Assembly: GCA_023205875.1 (NCBI GenBank)
Contig: CP060763.1
Location: forward strand, 434,001-498,000
From: Chloropicon primus
Taxonomy: Eukaryota
Length of the DNA stretch: 64,000 bases
Reading direction: 5' to 3'
The translations under genes were made by a program, and so were the position numbers. Positions within the stretch are counted from its first letter, which is position 1, and every line of letters starts with the position of its first letter. Positions 33,615 through 45,853 of this stretch are shown here, one piece after another. The notes beneath the pieces were generated by a model. It had not been told where the DNA came from. It did no database searches and saw only the letters and a program-made list of their open reading frames with translations.

Positions 33615-34542
33615 TTAGTGCATGACCGCCCCCCGGCCGAAGGGCAGGATGCTCTTGCCCATCACCAGCGCCAGCGCTGCCATGCCCCCCATCGCGCTTC
33701 CCACCGCGATGGACCTCGGCCCAGCGGCTCCTCTGTAGAGCCCTCCCGTCACCATGCCCGCCAGGATCGACGAGAGTTCGTCCGGCACGGTGTGATCCAA
33801 GTAGTTCTGCGCCATGGTCTCCGTCACCGCGTAGAAGAGCCCGAGAATACCAAACGTGTTCCCGAACATTTTTCCCCTGTGCATCGTCGCGTTGATCAGC
33901 CTGTTCAGCCTCAGCTTGTTTGTGTCCAAGCTCGCCTGCGGCGCCTTGGCCCTCGTCCCCTCGACCCCTCCGTAAAGTCCTCCGCACAGAGTCCCCCCGA
34001 GGTAACCCAACCCGGTGTAGTACGACACGTTCTCCCCCCAGCTCCTCTTGTGCCTCGTGGCCTCCTCACTGAAAAGGTGCTCCGGGGCGTCAGGCAGTCG
34101 GATGCTTCCCAAGATCTTCGGGTCCAGCGACGCGTGAAGCCCATCGTACGGGTTGTACAGCTTGCCAAGATTGGAAGACACTCCTCCGCTCGCCGACGCA
34201 CCTCCTCCGCTCAGTGTGTTCACACTGCATGTATCCCATACCCACGGCCACAGCAGCAAAAGCAGCAGAGAGAAGAGAGAGAGACAAGAGAGAGAGACAA
34301 GAGAGAGAGAGAGAGGCCGAGAAGACGTCAGACGAGAGGCGAGCACCAAAAAAGTCTTCGAAGACCTTCTCTCGTGTCGTGTCGTGTCGTGTCGTGTTGT
34401 GTTGTGTCGTGTTGTGTTGTGTTTGGACTTACCTTCCATCCGTTTGGTTGGACTTGGCGAGCTCTCCGTCGAGGGACTCTCCGTCCTTGTCTCCAGCCTT
34501 GCTCCCGGAGGACCTCCCTCTCAACGCGTCCAGAAGTCCCAT
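33615..34542 (-). CDS. TIM23: Mitochondrial inner-membrane translocase Tim23; exons 34542-34433, 34224-33615
   Basis: YNPY..L, PE.LF.EE...RSWGEN.SYYTG.GYL.G, KLRLNR.IN...GN..G.LG.FY; phase-2 GTAAGT/TGCAG intron. Confidence 0.9.
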
Positions 34543-35074
34543 CCCTCTCCTCTCTTCTCCTCTTCTCTTCTCTTCTCTTCTCCTCTTCTCTTCTCTTCTC
34601 TTCTCTCTCTGCTCCTTCGCCGCCGATACGCGACGATCTGCGCGCTTCGCCTCCACAGACTTGGCGACTTCGAGAGAGAACCTCTTACGTAGAAGGACGA
34701 AATAGATATTCTACGGAGGACGATACTCAAACAACGAACAAGGAGAATCTCTTATGTAGAATAATGCTACATAATTCTTCTGGTGACGATAAAATAATAT
34801 CAAAATAGAAGTAGTTTTCAACTGTTTCTTGAATAACATTCTCTTATCTTCAGAGAGAAAAAAGAAGTAGTTCTGATCTGTTTCTTTAGTGACGTTATTT
34901 TAACATTAGAGTGGGAAAAGGCCCTTGGGGGTTCTCTGACTTTCAAGAGTGAGTTGAAGTGGATTGGATTGGGAGTCCAGCCATTGGAGAGGTGAGTGTT
35001 GGAGTGGGTTTGAGGGAGAGGGGACCGCGTTCGAAGGGAAGGTCTCGACGCAACGCGATTCTTTGTCTCTTCCT

Positions 35075-35097
35075 CTTTCGAGAGAACCTTCTTTTGA
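35075..35097 (+). promoter_or_regulatory. CTTTC element copy upstream of ATP synthase subunit f
   Basis: TTGTCTCTTCCTCTTTCGAGAGAACCTTCTTTTGA, a degenerate match. Confidence 0.45.
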
Positions 35098-35210
35098 GGA
35101 AAATGGTGGACGGGATAGGACTGAACGGACTCTTCCTTTTTCTTTTTTCTTTTTTCTTTTGCAATGGCCAAGAGTGAAAATACTTGGAGAGTACTTGGCG
35201 GACGAGAAAG

Positions 35211-35444
35211 ATGGCGGCGATGAATGCTCCGGTGAACTTCATGAGGACGAATTTGCTCCGGTACTGGGAGAACTACTTCTTGAAGAAGCCCTTTCGACCC
35301 GTTGTGCACGGTAAGACACAAACACAAACACACTCGCATTCATTCAATCATTTCATTCCCTTCCCTTGCAGAGGGCTCCTCGAAGTGGAATGGTTCTTTC
35401 CGACATTCTGACTCTCGCCCTTCCTCCTCCTCCTCCTCTCTCTT

Positions 35445-35497
<53 letters not shown>

Positions 35498-35948
35498 TGT
35501 TCAGTCATGTGGACGATTGGCATAGCTGGAGCCTGGTATGAGGGGTACCACCACAGGAAGCTGGAAAAGCTGCACATGAAGCACGCAGAGGTCAAGAGGG
35601 TCGAGCTCAAGGAGAAGCACGGCTTTGGTAAGTCCTTGAAGGGCAGCATTCTAGTTCAATCCACCCGTGCGGTGTCTGACCCTCTCTCCTTATCACCTTA
35701 ATATCTCTCTTTCTCTCTCTGTCTCTCTGCGTGTGTGTGTGTCTTCTTCCCCAGCCATGAAAGCCTTGGAGGACCACAGCAAGCAGTTGGTAGAGGCGGA
35801 AGAGTTCATCGAGATATCAAAGGCGGCGATCGAGGGAGCGAAGCACCATATTAACGACCTTCAGAAGCAGAAGAAGGACTTGGAGAAGGCCGCGGAGGAC
35901 GCAAAGCACGCGTTTGAGAACTATAAGCCGGCACCGTTCGGACACTAG
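35211..35948 (+). CDS. ATP17: Mitochondrial ATP synthase subunit f with C-terminal coiled-coil extension (138 aa); exons 35211-35310, 35505-35627, 35755-35948
   Basis: Spliced product contains RYWENYFLKKPFRPVVHVMWTIGIAGAWYEGYHHRK, matching the subunit f pattern Y...YF.....P..H+TM+Y.H; both introns are phase 1, GT-AG. Confidence 0.72.
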
Positions 35949-36066
35949 GCACGGAATTTACCAGTAACTTTGGTGACTTCATAAAATTATCTTTCGACGA
36001 CGACGACCGGCATTGGTAGATTTGTTTGTGGACGCCTGCCACAACACCGAGTCTCTCCGTCTCTCT

Positions 36067-37729
36067 CTAGGACGAGAGGAGGTCAAAGGGGTTGGAAGCT
36101 TGCGTTGGCTTGGAGCCGCCCTTTCCCTTCCCTCCCTTGTTCGACGACTTTGTGGTCCACCCGTCGTCGTTGCCCCCGCCACCAGAAGGCTTTGCCTTGG
36201 GTTTCGATTTCTTCCCTTCCGCGCTCGGCATCATGTCCTCCAGGGAAGCCTTGCAGTCATGAAAAAGAAGGACAGGTAGAGTCAGTCAAACGTTCCGGCG
36301 GAAGACCAAGCAAAGGGGACTTCTTGCCACCCACCTTCGTCTCAAACCAGCCGATATTGTCCTGCATCAGGTCGTCAAGCTCGTCTTGAAGGTCCTGCTT
36401 CTGCCCAATTTTTTTGACGGTCGAAACGTCCATCAGCTGCTTGCCTCCAGCCCTCTCGAGCTTTTCGATCGCGTTGAGTTCCCTCCTCAAACGCTTGATT
36501 TGCCCCTCGTGCTTGATCGAGTACACTAACAAAAGCAGGAAAGGAGCGAAAGCGGGTCAGCAACGCGAATTCGTGGAAACAGAGGAACGAAGGCGATGGA
36601 CCCTTACCCATGGGCTTGATGTCCGCGAGGCCGTCCCTCCTCGCCTCCATCTTCTCGATGGCCTCCTGGATCTTGGACACTTTCTTGGCCTTGCCATCGG
36701 CCTTCGCCTTCTCCGCTTCTCCCTCGAGCACCTTGATCTTGTCCGAGAGCTGGGCCCACACCAACCGCACCTCTCCCCTCGTCAACTTTCCGTTCGACAC
36801 CATGTCCTCCATCAGACCCGTGATCAGCTCAACCTTCTCAGGAAGCTCCACGCAATTGTTGTACCGCTCGTCCTCCTTGGCCGTCAAAGGCTGCTCCATC
36901 ATTCGAGCTTCAGGTCACCGCAAGCAAGGAGAAAGCGGAACACGAGTCAGACAAGACAAGCCGACGGGCCGACGCCGTGCGCCTTCCACCCAAACCCACC
37001 ACACTCTCCCTTACCTTCAAGCTCCTGAAACTCTTTCACGAAGCCCTTGATGGTCTGAAGAAGCACGCGCTTCTGTGAGAACTTCTTCACGTTGGCCTTG
37101 ACCAGATCCTTCAACTCCCAAACGGTGACACGGCGACAGACCTCGGAGGGAGAGTCCTCGTCCTCGTCCCAAAACTCCTCGTCGTCGCCGCTGACACTGG
37201 ACTCCCTCAGAGGGGTCACGTGAGGAAATACGTGCAAGAACTTGAGATCCTTGTCCGTGTCGTGCTGGTACTTGAAGTTGCCGCAGCACTCCATGCATGC
37301 ACTGGCACCGCGGTCCTCCTCAAACCCAAGGCTTGTCAGAGCCCCTATGAGGTCTTTCGGCAAGCTCGGCGTATACTTTTGCCTCCCTTTCTTCCCCGCA
37401 CCCACGACGAAACTTATCTTCACCGGCTCGTGACACGGCAGAGGCTTCCCGAACGCATCTTTCACCAGCTCCTGGACCTCTACCCTCCGCAACAACAATC
37501 CACCAACAAGTCGTGAAGGTGAAGCCACGATCATCGTTGGTCATCCCATCCAACAGAGAACAATAGAAAAACAATTCAGTCAGCGACAACTCCGCCTTGT
37601 TTGGAACCGAAACCGATTGCATGTGAAAGTAATTAACGCACGGGCTTGATCGTATCCTCCCAAGTCGTGGAGGTCCACGGGGTCGTCCGGATTCACCGAA
37701 CGCAACGTTCCAGCCAAACCGCTCGCCAT
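36067..37729 (-). CDS. Hypothetical multi-exon protein (about 5 exons; internal boundaries approximate)
   Basis: Coding-like ORF segments (MASGLAGTLR..., ISFVVGAGK.GRQKY...FKYQHDT.KDLKFLHVFP, coiled coil, ...SNPFDLLSS*) separated by GT-AG introns. Confidence 0.7.
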
Positions 37730-37761
37730 CGCCTTCGCCTTCTTGGGTTTCGCTGCTCTGC

Positions 37762-37826
<65 letters not shown>

Positions 37827-37889
37827 GAGTGTTGAACGAGGGAGGAGAGGGAGGTGAGGAGCACGGTACGGGAATCTTCACGTTCTGGT

Positions 37890-38090
37890 CTTTCGAAAGA
37901 GCCCTCGCTCGAAAGATTTGGTGGAGGCATTGGTTTGTAGGACAAAAAACTGACACGAAGAGGAACACTTTCTGCTTGCAGCAGAGGAGGAGGAGAGGGA
38001 GAGAGGGAGAGAGGGAGACGGACGGGTGCTTGAGAGGAAGGACAGAGGAGGAATCGAGACTCTACGCGTCGCTCTCTTTCGATTGACGCC
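37890..38090 (+). promoter_or_regulatory. Two CTTTC elements upstream of prolidase (37890-37912 full, 38076-38090 partial)
   Basis: CTTTCGAAAGAGCCCTCGCTCGA and CTTTCGATTGACGCC, 186 bp apart. Confidence 0.6.
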
Positions 38091-38157
38091 AAAAATAGGG
38101 TTTCGTTTGGGGGTGAGGAGTGGCATTCAGTCCGAATATCGATTGATCCAGAAGAAG

Positions 38158-39725
38158 ATGGCTGCAACGTACGACGGGAAGAACTTGTATTATCGCGGGC
38201 CGGGGACGCTTGGGATAAGCCCCCGGCTGCACAGGGCGAATCGCGAGAAAGCCATGCGAAAAGTGAGGCAGATAAGCGGCAGCGGCGAGGGGGTGTGTCT
38301 TCTCAAGGGAGGTTCGGACACTTGCAGGCACAATACCGACCACGAGGACTTGTTCCGCCAAGAGAGCTTCTTTCACTATCTCTTCGGCGTGGAAGAGCCC
38401 GACTGCTCTGGCCTCATTGACGTTGAGACGTGTCACACGACGCTCTTCGTTCCAAGGTAGGGAACTGAATTTTCTCTCTGGTGTTTTCGAGCTGCTTCCT
38501 CAGCTCAGCGCGCTGACCTCCGGCTTGCTCTACCCGTTCGTTTCGTGCCCCTCGTCGAAGGTTGCCAGAGGAATTCGCGGTGTGGCTCGGAACGATCCCG
38601 AGCTTGGAAACCTTCAAGTCCAAGTATGGCGTCGACCAGGTTTTGTACTCGGACACCATTGGCAGCGAATTGAAGCGCCTGGAGGGAAAGCGAGTCCACC
38701 TCCTCGAAGGGACCAACTCCGACAGCGGCGTTGCCATGAAGGCGCCAACTTCGTTCGACCTTGACGCGGGCAAGCACGAGATCGTTGTTGACGCCCTTTA
38801 CGAGGCGCTTTGCGACAGCAGGTGCAAGAAAACGCCAGAGGAGATTGAAGTGATGCGCTACGTGAGCAAAATCAGTTCGGATGCGCACGTGGAGGTGATG
38901 AAGGCTTGCAAGCCCGGCATGATGGAGTACCAGCTCGAATCCACCTTTATGCACCAGTGCTACTTTAACGGGGGCTGCAGGTTCTCCCCTTACACTTGCA
39001 TCATTGGCGCCGGGGAGCACGGGGCCTTCCTGCATTATGGTCATTCGGGAGCCCCGAACGCTGGCCAGATTCCTGACAACAGCCTGGTCCTGTGCGACAT
39101 GGGCGGGGAGTACCACGGCTACGCGGCCGACATCACCTGCACTTTCCCGTCTTCCGGAAAGTTCACCGAGGAGCAGAAGATCGTGTACAACGCCGTGTTG
39201 GCGGCGCACACTCGAGTGATCTCGGAGATGAAGCCGGGGGTGTCGTGGCTCGATATGCACACCCTGGCGGAGATGACGATCTTGGAAGGCCTGCTCGCTG
39301 GAAATTTTCTCAAGGGAGACGTCGAGAAGATGATGCAGAACAACTTGGGATCTGTGTTCATGCCGCACGGCCTTGGGCACCTCATCGGCATCGACACCCA
39401 TGACGTGGGGGGCTACGGGGCCAAGCACCCCGCAAGACCCAACAGAGCTGGAGCGAACAAGCTGAGGACTGCCAGAGCGCTCGAGGAGGGCATGGTGATC
39501 ACGGTCGAGCCGGGGTGCTATTTTAACAGGTACCTCCTCAACAAAGCGTTCTCTGACGACAACATCAGCGAATTCCTCAACAGGGAAAAGTTGGAGGCCA
39601 ACATGGAGCTCGGAGGGGTGAGAATTGAGGATAACGTGCTGATAACCGCGGACGGGAGAGAGAGCTTCACGAAGGTTCCGAGGACAGTCGAGGAGATCGA
39701 GGCCACGATGAATCGAGAAAATTGA
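38158..39725 (+). CDS. PEPD: Xaa-Pro dipeptidase (prolidase, M24B); exons 38158-38456, 38561-39725
   Basis: FRQESFFHYLFGV.EP, LHYGH, DMGGEY..YAADIT, HGLGH..G.DTHD, TVEPG, GGVRIED. Confidence 0.95.
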
Positions 39726-39773
39726 ACGCGTGGGCAACAAAAGTTGAGCTTACACACACACACACACATCATA

Positions 39774-42700
39774 TTAATATATCGGATTCTGATTTGATCC
39801 CGTCCATGGACACTTCTTGAACTTGAGGATGTACGTGTTCCAATCCTCCTTCTGAGCCGGCTGTCCTGTTGGCGACACTTTCTCGCCCAGAGGGATAGGG
39901 TATCCCGTGATGATGCAAGCTTCCACTGGAGAGCCACAGGAGTGGCACTTCAGGGAGGCGGCATAGGTATCGATGCCGCAGTTTGCACACGTCCTCAGAG
40001 AGAGGCTCTGGTCCACTTGCTGATCCATGCTGACGGTCAAGACCCAGTCCCTCACCTCTTCCCGCTTGACTTCATCCAAGAAGTGCCCGCTCGGGAGATG
40101 GAAGTCGTAGGGAATGTCAGTGTTCACAAAGTCCCCATTGTCCAGCACCTGGTCCCCAGTCTGCTCCGCCGCGTCGTCCATCGCTTCGGTTAGATCCAAG
40201 TACCTGTTCAAGAACACGAATGCCATGTTCAGCTCCCCGGCCTCCTTCATGCAGGTGCCCGCCTCGTAGAAGGCCTTGTCCGCAGGGATGGCCCCGATGT
40301 AACGCAGCAAGGACGTCGCTTGCTTCGCCGCAAGTTGGTGCAACCCAGCTTGCCTGCACTCGCCCATCACCTTCGTGTAGTGAGCCGCCTCCAAGAGCTT
40401 TGAGAACTCGTCCTTCACGCTCGCTTCCATCGCTGGGCTGGCGCCTTCAACGATCCTGAAGAGCAACGTGAACAAACCATCCTCTCCCCTCTTGTCGTGC
40501 TTCGGCGAGGCCAGAACCTCGAGGGCGACTTGCCTGTACAGCTCCAGAAGATCCAAATCATCCAGATTGACCTCAAACTTGGACAAGATGAAAGCGGCGT
40601 CTGCGTGCAGCCCTTGCTGCAGCTTTGTCTGCGCGTGCTGGGCCGCCAGCCCGGCCAGCAGCTGCGGGTCGTTGCTCTGGGCAGCCAACTCTTCTACCTT
40701 CTTCCAGTCCTCCTTGTTCATGCAGAGCTCCAGCTGTCCATACAAGTCACCAGACGAGCCTATGCTTCCAGCACTTGGCTTGAACTGATCTCCCGGCATT
40801 CCTTGCCCACTGTCTTGGCTTCTCTTGTGGTGCTCCACGTAGTCCACGAGATCCGGCCCGATCGTAGACGCCAGGCCCAGAGCTTTGTTCCACAAGCCGC
40901 AGGACATGTACATGTCACACGCCCTTTCGTGCCTGGAGATTTCCATGAGCCTGCTCGCCACGATGTCGACCACCTCATAGGATTTCTGAGGGACGTGGGT
41001 CTGCGCCAGACTCACCGCCTTCGTCCAGAGCTGCTCGATCTTACTGAGGTCCGGGCTTGCATCCGTGGGGACATCCAGGTAGATCTCAATGGCCTCGATG
41101 AACTGCCCGGACCTCTCCAGCATCTGCCCTTGGGAAATGAGCGACTGGAGCTGCACGCCCGCGTTGCTCTTCGTCATCACAGATGATTTGAGCTCGCGCT
41201 GCAATTCGCTCACCCTGTTTGGCGCGTGAATTTCTGCGACCCTGATGGCGTCTTCCCACAAGCCCACCTCCCTGTACATCTGCATGGCGAGCTCCGGATC
41301 CTTGCCCTTCAAGAACATCGCCTCTGCGTTCGCAAAGTCCTTCTGCTCGGCCAGGACTCTGCCGTTGGCCACAAAGATTTCAGGCACGCTGTGCATGTCA
41401 AAGTTCTCCGCCACCCGCATCGCTGCGCCCCATTCGTGCTGGTGCAGGTACATGTCAATGGCTTCCCTCGGCTTCTCTGCCTTGAGGAATTCGTCCTCGG
41501 CCTCCTTGAACCTCCCTTCGTCTTCCAAGAACATCGCGTACTTCAGGTGCACCTCAAGCAACTTTTGGCTCGTCCTGGAGTTGTGAGCGAGGTCGAAAGC
41601 GTGCTCGAAGGCTCCGTTCTCGAGGGCGTAATCGATCGCCTGCTCGACAAGGCCGAATTTCTGCAGGAGCTTCGTGCCCTCGTCGCCCCCGAGGTGCACT
41701 GCCCAAGCAAAGGCCACCTGCTTCGAGGCACTGGATCCTCCGTGCAACTTTGCGACTCGAATCGCATCGTCCCACATTCCCCGCGCCCGATACATCTGCA
41801 CGGCGTTCTTCCAGAACTTGCCCTCCACGAAGTGGTGCTCCGCTTGCTTGAGCATGCCCTCAGCTTCCCTCTCCTGGGCGAGATGCTTGTGGGTCTCAGC
41901 AAGGTCTTCCTTCTTATACACAGAGACCAACCGGATCATCTGCTCGAACATGCTGTTCGATTTATACATATCGATCGCAAGCTCGGGCGCCTTCGATGCC
42001 AGGTACATCTTCTCCGCTTCCTTGAACTTGGAGGCCGCCTCCAGCTCCCTGCCCCTCTTTGCATACAACTCCTGCACTTCAGACTTGGACATGTAGCCTG
42101 CAGCAATCCTGTGCGCTGCTTCCCAGTGATTTGCGCTCGCATACATGTCCACGGCCTCTTGGGCGACGCCCGCTTGTACAAAGAACTTCTCGGCCTCCGT
42201 GTAGTTCCTGCAGGACTCGTAGTGCTTGGCAATCTTGTAGTAATAATCCCTGGCAACTTCTCTGTCCAGTGAGTAGGCAATCTCCGCGACCCTTGACCAT
42301 TGCCTGCTTGCGAGCGCGGCTTCGATGGCCTTCTTCGCCTGGCCAGCTTCAATGAAGTGGTTCACGGCAGAATCCGACTGTCTTTGCTTCACGAGCCAGT
42401 CGCCCCACTCCTCCTCCAGCCTCACGACGTCGGACGGGAATTCCCTCCTGCAGAGGTCAGTGGCTCTTTTGTAGGCGTGGCCCTCACGGTAGGCGTTCAG
42501 AGCTCTGTCAAAGTGTCCGAAGTGCTCGAGGAACTGGCCGATCTTCTCGTGCAGGCCCAGCCTCTGCAATCCGTCCAGAATGTTCTCAAAGACTCCTTGA
42601 TCGTACTGCCCAGGGTAACGGCTGTTGTACATTTTCTTGAACGCATTCGCGGCTCGGGTTGGAGCGTCCCCGTTCAAATAAATGTTGATGGCCGCGAGGT

Positions 42701-45127
42701 GATCCCCTTCCTTTTCCTTAAAGTCCCCGGCCTCGATCTCTTGCCCCGTCTGCAGGAGCCACTGGTAGAAGTTCTCCTTCAACGAGTCGTGCTCTGGGTG
42801 GTTCGTTCTCTCGGACAGAGACAGGGCTTCCTGCCACTTGTGAATGTCCGTGTACAGCTGAATCGCGTCGTCAAACTTTCCTTGGTCCAGGTAAAGGGAC
42901 TCGCAGGTCTGCCACTGCTGGTTCAAGGCTGCCAGCTGCACTCTGACGAGGAACTCGCTGCCCGTACCATCGTCGTCTGGGTCCTTGTTCTCCTTCATCA
43001 GTTTGTTCACCTTGTGAAGGTAACGGCTCTTTGCGACATTACCAAGAATGGCGTAGCACTGCTCGGCGATCTCAAACTGCTGCTCCTGCAAAGCGAGGGC
43101 GGACAGCTGCTGCCACATGGTCTGAGTCTCCCCCGTGAGCTGCAAGGGGCTCAAGATGCTTATGGCTTTCTGGTAGTCTTTCCTTTGGATCGCGTAGCCA
43201 AAACCTATCAGCGCCTCGTCGAGGGCGTAGGACACCGTGTTCATTCCCTCGTTCACGATCACCTCCGTCTTTCCTTCAGATCTCTCGATGTCCTCGATCT
43301 CCCCCTTGATGGGGAACGTCGTCACCTTCTCAGGCGTGTCAATGGCGTACCAAACGCAAAGAGTGTCCCTGCCCTGGGCGACAACGACGTCGCTGTCCGG
43401 AACCCACTGGGCGTACTTGCAGAACTCCAGCATCGTGGTCAGCTGCTGGGTCTCGACCTTGTACAAATGCAACCTACACTTCTTGTTCCTGAACAAGAGG
43501 TGGGTGCCCTGGGGGTTTAGTTCCAGCCAGTCAATCTTGTGCTCGTGCTGAATGGTGGCCAATGTGACCCCAGTGTTGAGGTCGAGTATGCAGATCGTCT
43601 GCAAGTCGATGAGATAGGCTATCGTCCTCTTGTACTGAGCAGCGCTCTCGTTCAGGCGGACGCTAATCAGGTGAGGGGTGATGTGCTCTGTTCTGCAGAC
43701 CCCAAGAATGTCGTTTTTCCCGTACTCGACCATGTTCAACTCCCCTGCGTTGTACACCATGCACACCGTGGGGTTCTCGAAGATGAACTTCTCGTTGCCG
43801 GTGCCCCCTCTCCAAGGAATCTCACTCAGTTTGCAGGACTCCATGTCCCCCAAAAGCAGCGTCTCCGCCGTGTAAGCCGTGAGGTACTGGTCGTCCTTGA
43901 TGTTTATCCTGAGTATTTCGAGGCCGAAGCTGCTCGTCAAAGTGATTCGTGTTCCGGTTGAAAGCCTCTTGACGATGACCTGGCTGAGAGACACGTAAGT
44001 GAACTCGAACTTCCCCTTGTACTTGATCCTCTTGATGCAGGCGTCGTAGAGATCCACGTTGCCGCAAAGGCCTCCCACGGAGAGCTTCGACCCGTCGGGC
44101 TTCCAAGCCAGCTTGGTAATGGTGTACATGTTGTCAATGTTCTTGGAAGCGTGCTCCTCCCACAGCCCACGCTGCCTGTTCAGCCTGTAAATGTAGAACT
44201 TGTTGTAGGAGCCCACAACGACGGTCTCCCCAGTCGGGTTGAAGGAAGCCGAGGAGAACTCGTGCAGGTTCTCGTCCCCCGAGTGGTCGAAGAACTGCAG
44301 CGTGTTTCCCGCCGTGTCATAGAAGACGACCTTGTAGTCGCCGCCCGCGGCAACGATGGATTCCCCCCACGCAATCGCCGTCGGCACGCAAGAGTGCTGG
44401 GCCAGCTTGCCTTGGCTCCCGTTCCCGTCGAAGCTGAAGTAGTACAGGGAGCCGTCGAGGTGGCCGGAGAGCACTGCGTTCCCCCTGGCAGCCGCTGTGA
44501 GGGAGACGACGCTAGAGGAGTTCGGGTGCTCGTAAAGAGTGGCCGACTTGTTGTTCCTCAGCTGTCCCAGCCTGACCTTGCCGTCCAGGAGCCCAAAGAC
44601 GCATTCTTGGTGGCGCCTCCCTGGCCAGCACAAAGAAGTGACCCTGCTGCTTTGCATGAATTTGTTACAGATGCTCTTCTTCTCCCCCCAGTCTGCCCCG
44701 AGCTTGTACACAAACACTATGCTGTCGCTCTGAGCGATGGCAAGCTTGGTGGAGTCCGGGGAAAACGCCATGCCACGCACCTGGTAAGCGACTCCGGCGG
44801 CAGAATCACCAGCCTTGGTCGAGAACTTGTCCTTCCTCTCTCCGTTCTCATCGTACACGTACACGACCTTATCCTGACCCGACACGGCCAACTTTTTGCT
44901 GCAAGCAAAACAAGAACAGGAGAAGAGCCCACGCGTTGGCGTTCGTCCGTCAGTCCGCGTACTCCGCCTAGGAAGGAAGGACGAAGGGAGAAGCAGAGGA
45001 GGAGTCCTCCACCGGGGGGGGTTCAAGTTTTGAGTCCCACTTACCAGTTGGGCGACCACGCCAACCCATTGATCTTGTTCACGCCTTCGACGGGCGAAGT
45101 GACTTGCTTGAGGAACTTGAGCTGCAT
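39774..45127 (-). CDS. IFT172: Intraflagellar transport protein 172; exons 45127-45045, 44898-39774
   Basis: MQLKFL...LAWSPN, DKFSTK, YKLG.DWGEKKSICNKF; WD40 followed by TPR-like solenoid; AFVFLNRYLDL; C-terminal Cys cluster. Confidence 0.96.
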
Positions 45128-45853
45128 GATGTTCCAAAAGACTTATTGGAGAGAATAGGTTCTCGAGAGTATCTCCACTCAACCACCGCGCCTCGACCTC
45201 TCAAGCCTGAGGACGACTTGACCTCCCGGGGAAAGAGGATAAGAAGGAAGGAAAGGGGGTGAAAAAAAGGAGGTGTTGACGTCTGGAGAAGGTCCAGGTC
45301 CAAGGCACGGCTTGTCTCACCGAGGCCTGCGATCTTCCAAGGGGAAGAGAACCCAACAGACGCTACCCAACCCCGATCGATGGATCTGTTGTTTTGTGCC
45401 TCTCCCCTCGCTCGCTCTCCTGAGTTTCTTTCAAAATCGCGGTATTCTCTCTAAAACGTTACAGATTTTGGTCCCACACGATGGTCCCATGTGGTAATTC
45501 TACTCGGAGATCTTCTCGATGGGTAACGTCGTACGATGCAAATTCAAACAATCGCCTTTACACTCGTCTTGGAAGCTTACGATTTTGACCGAGGCCAGGA
45601 GCAAGCGGAGGATTGTCAAGCCATTGTCCATCGCATTGGTCCATTGAAGTCGTCGTCCCCTCCTCCTCGGTCGGGTGAACGCCTTGCCTTGCCTTGCCTT
45701 TGCTTCCATATCTTTTGTCTTGAACCACGCAAAGCATTGCATATTGCATTGCATTGCATTGGTTCGACGGGACGGACGGAGTGAGTCCCTTTAGGAGAGA
45801 GACTAGTGGATACTCGGTTGTTGCAGCATCGAGAGCAGCAGTGTGTGTTGACC

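Noticed and set aside
17534..37629. Weak extra element candidates ending at 17556 and 37629 (GAAAG at about the expected spacing)
   Set aside because: Only the CTTTC core and a few bases match; counting them would be circular without a statistical model.
45678..45762. (GCCTT)n and (GCATT)n pentamer runs upstream of LRRC34-like
   Set aside because: Short simple repeats like others in the window, with no evidence of specific function.
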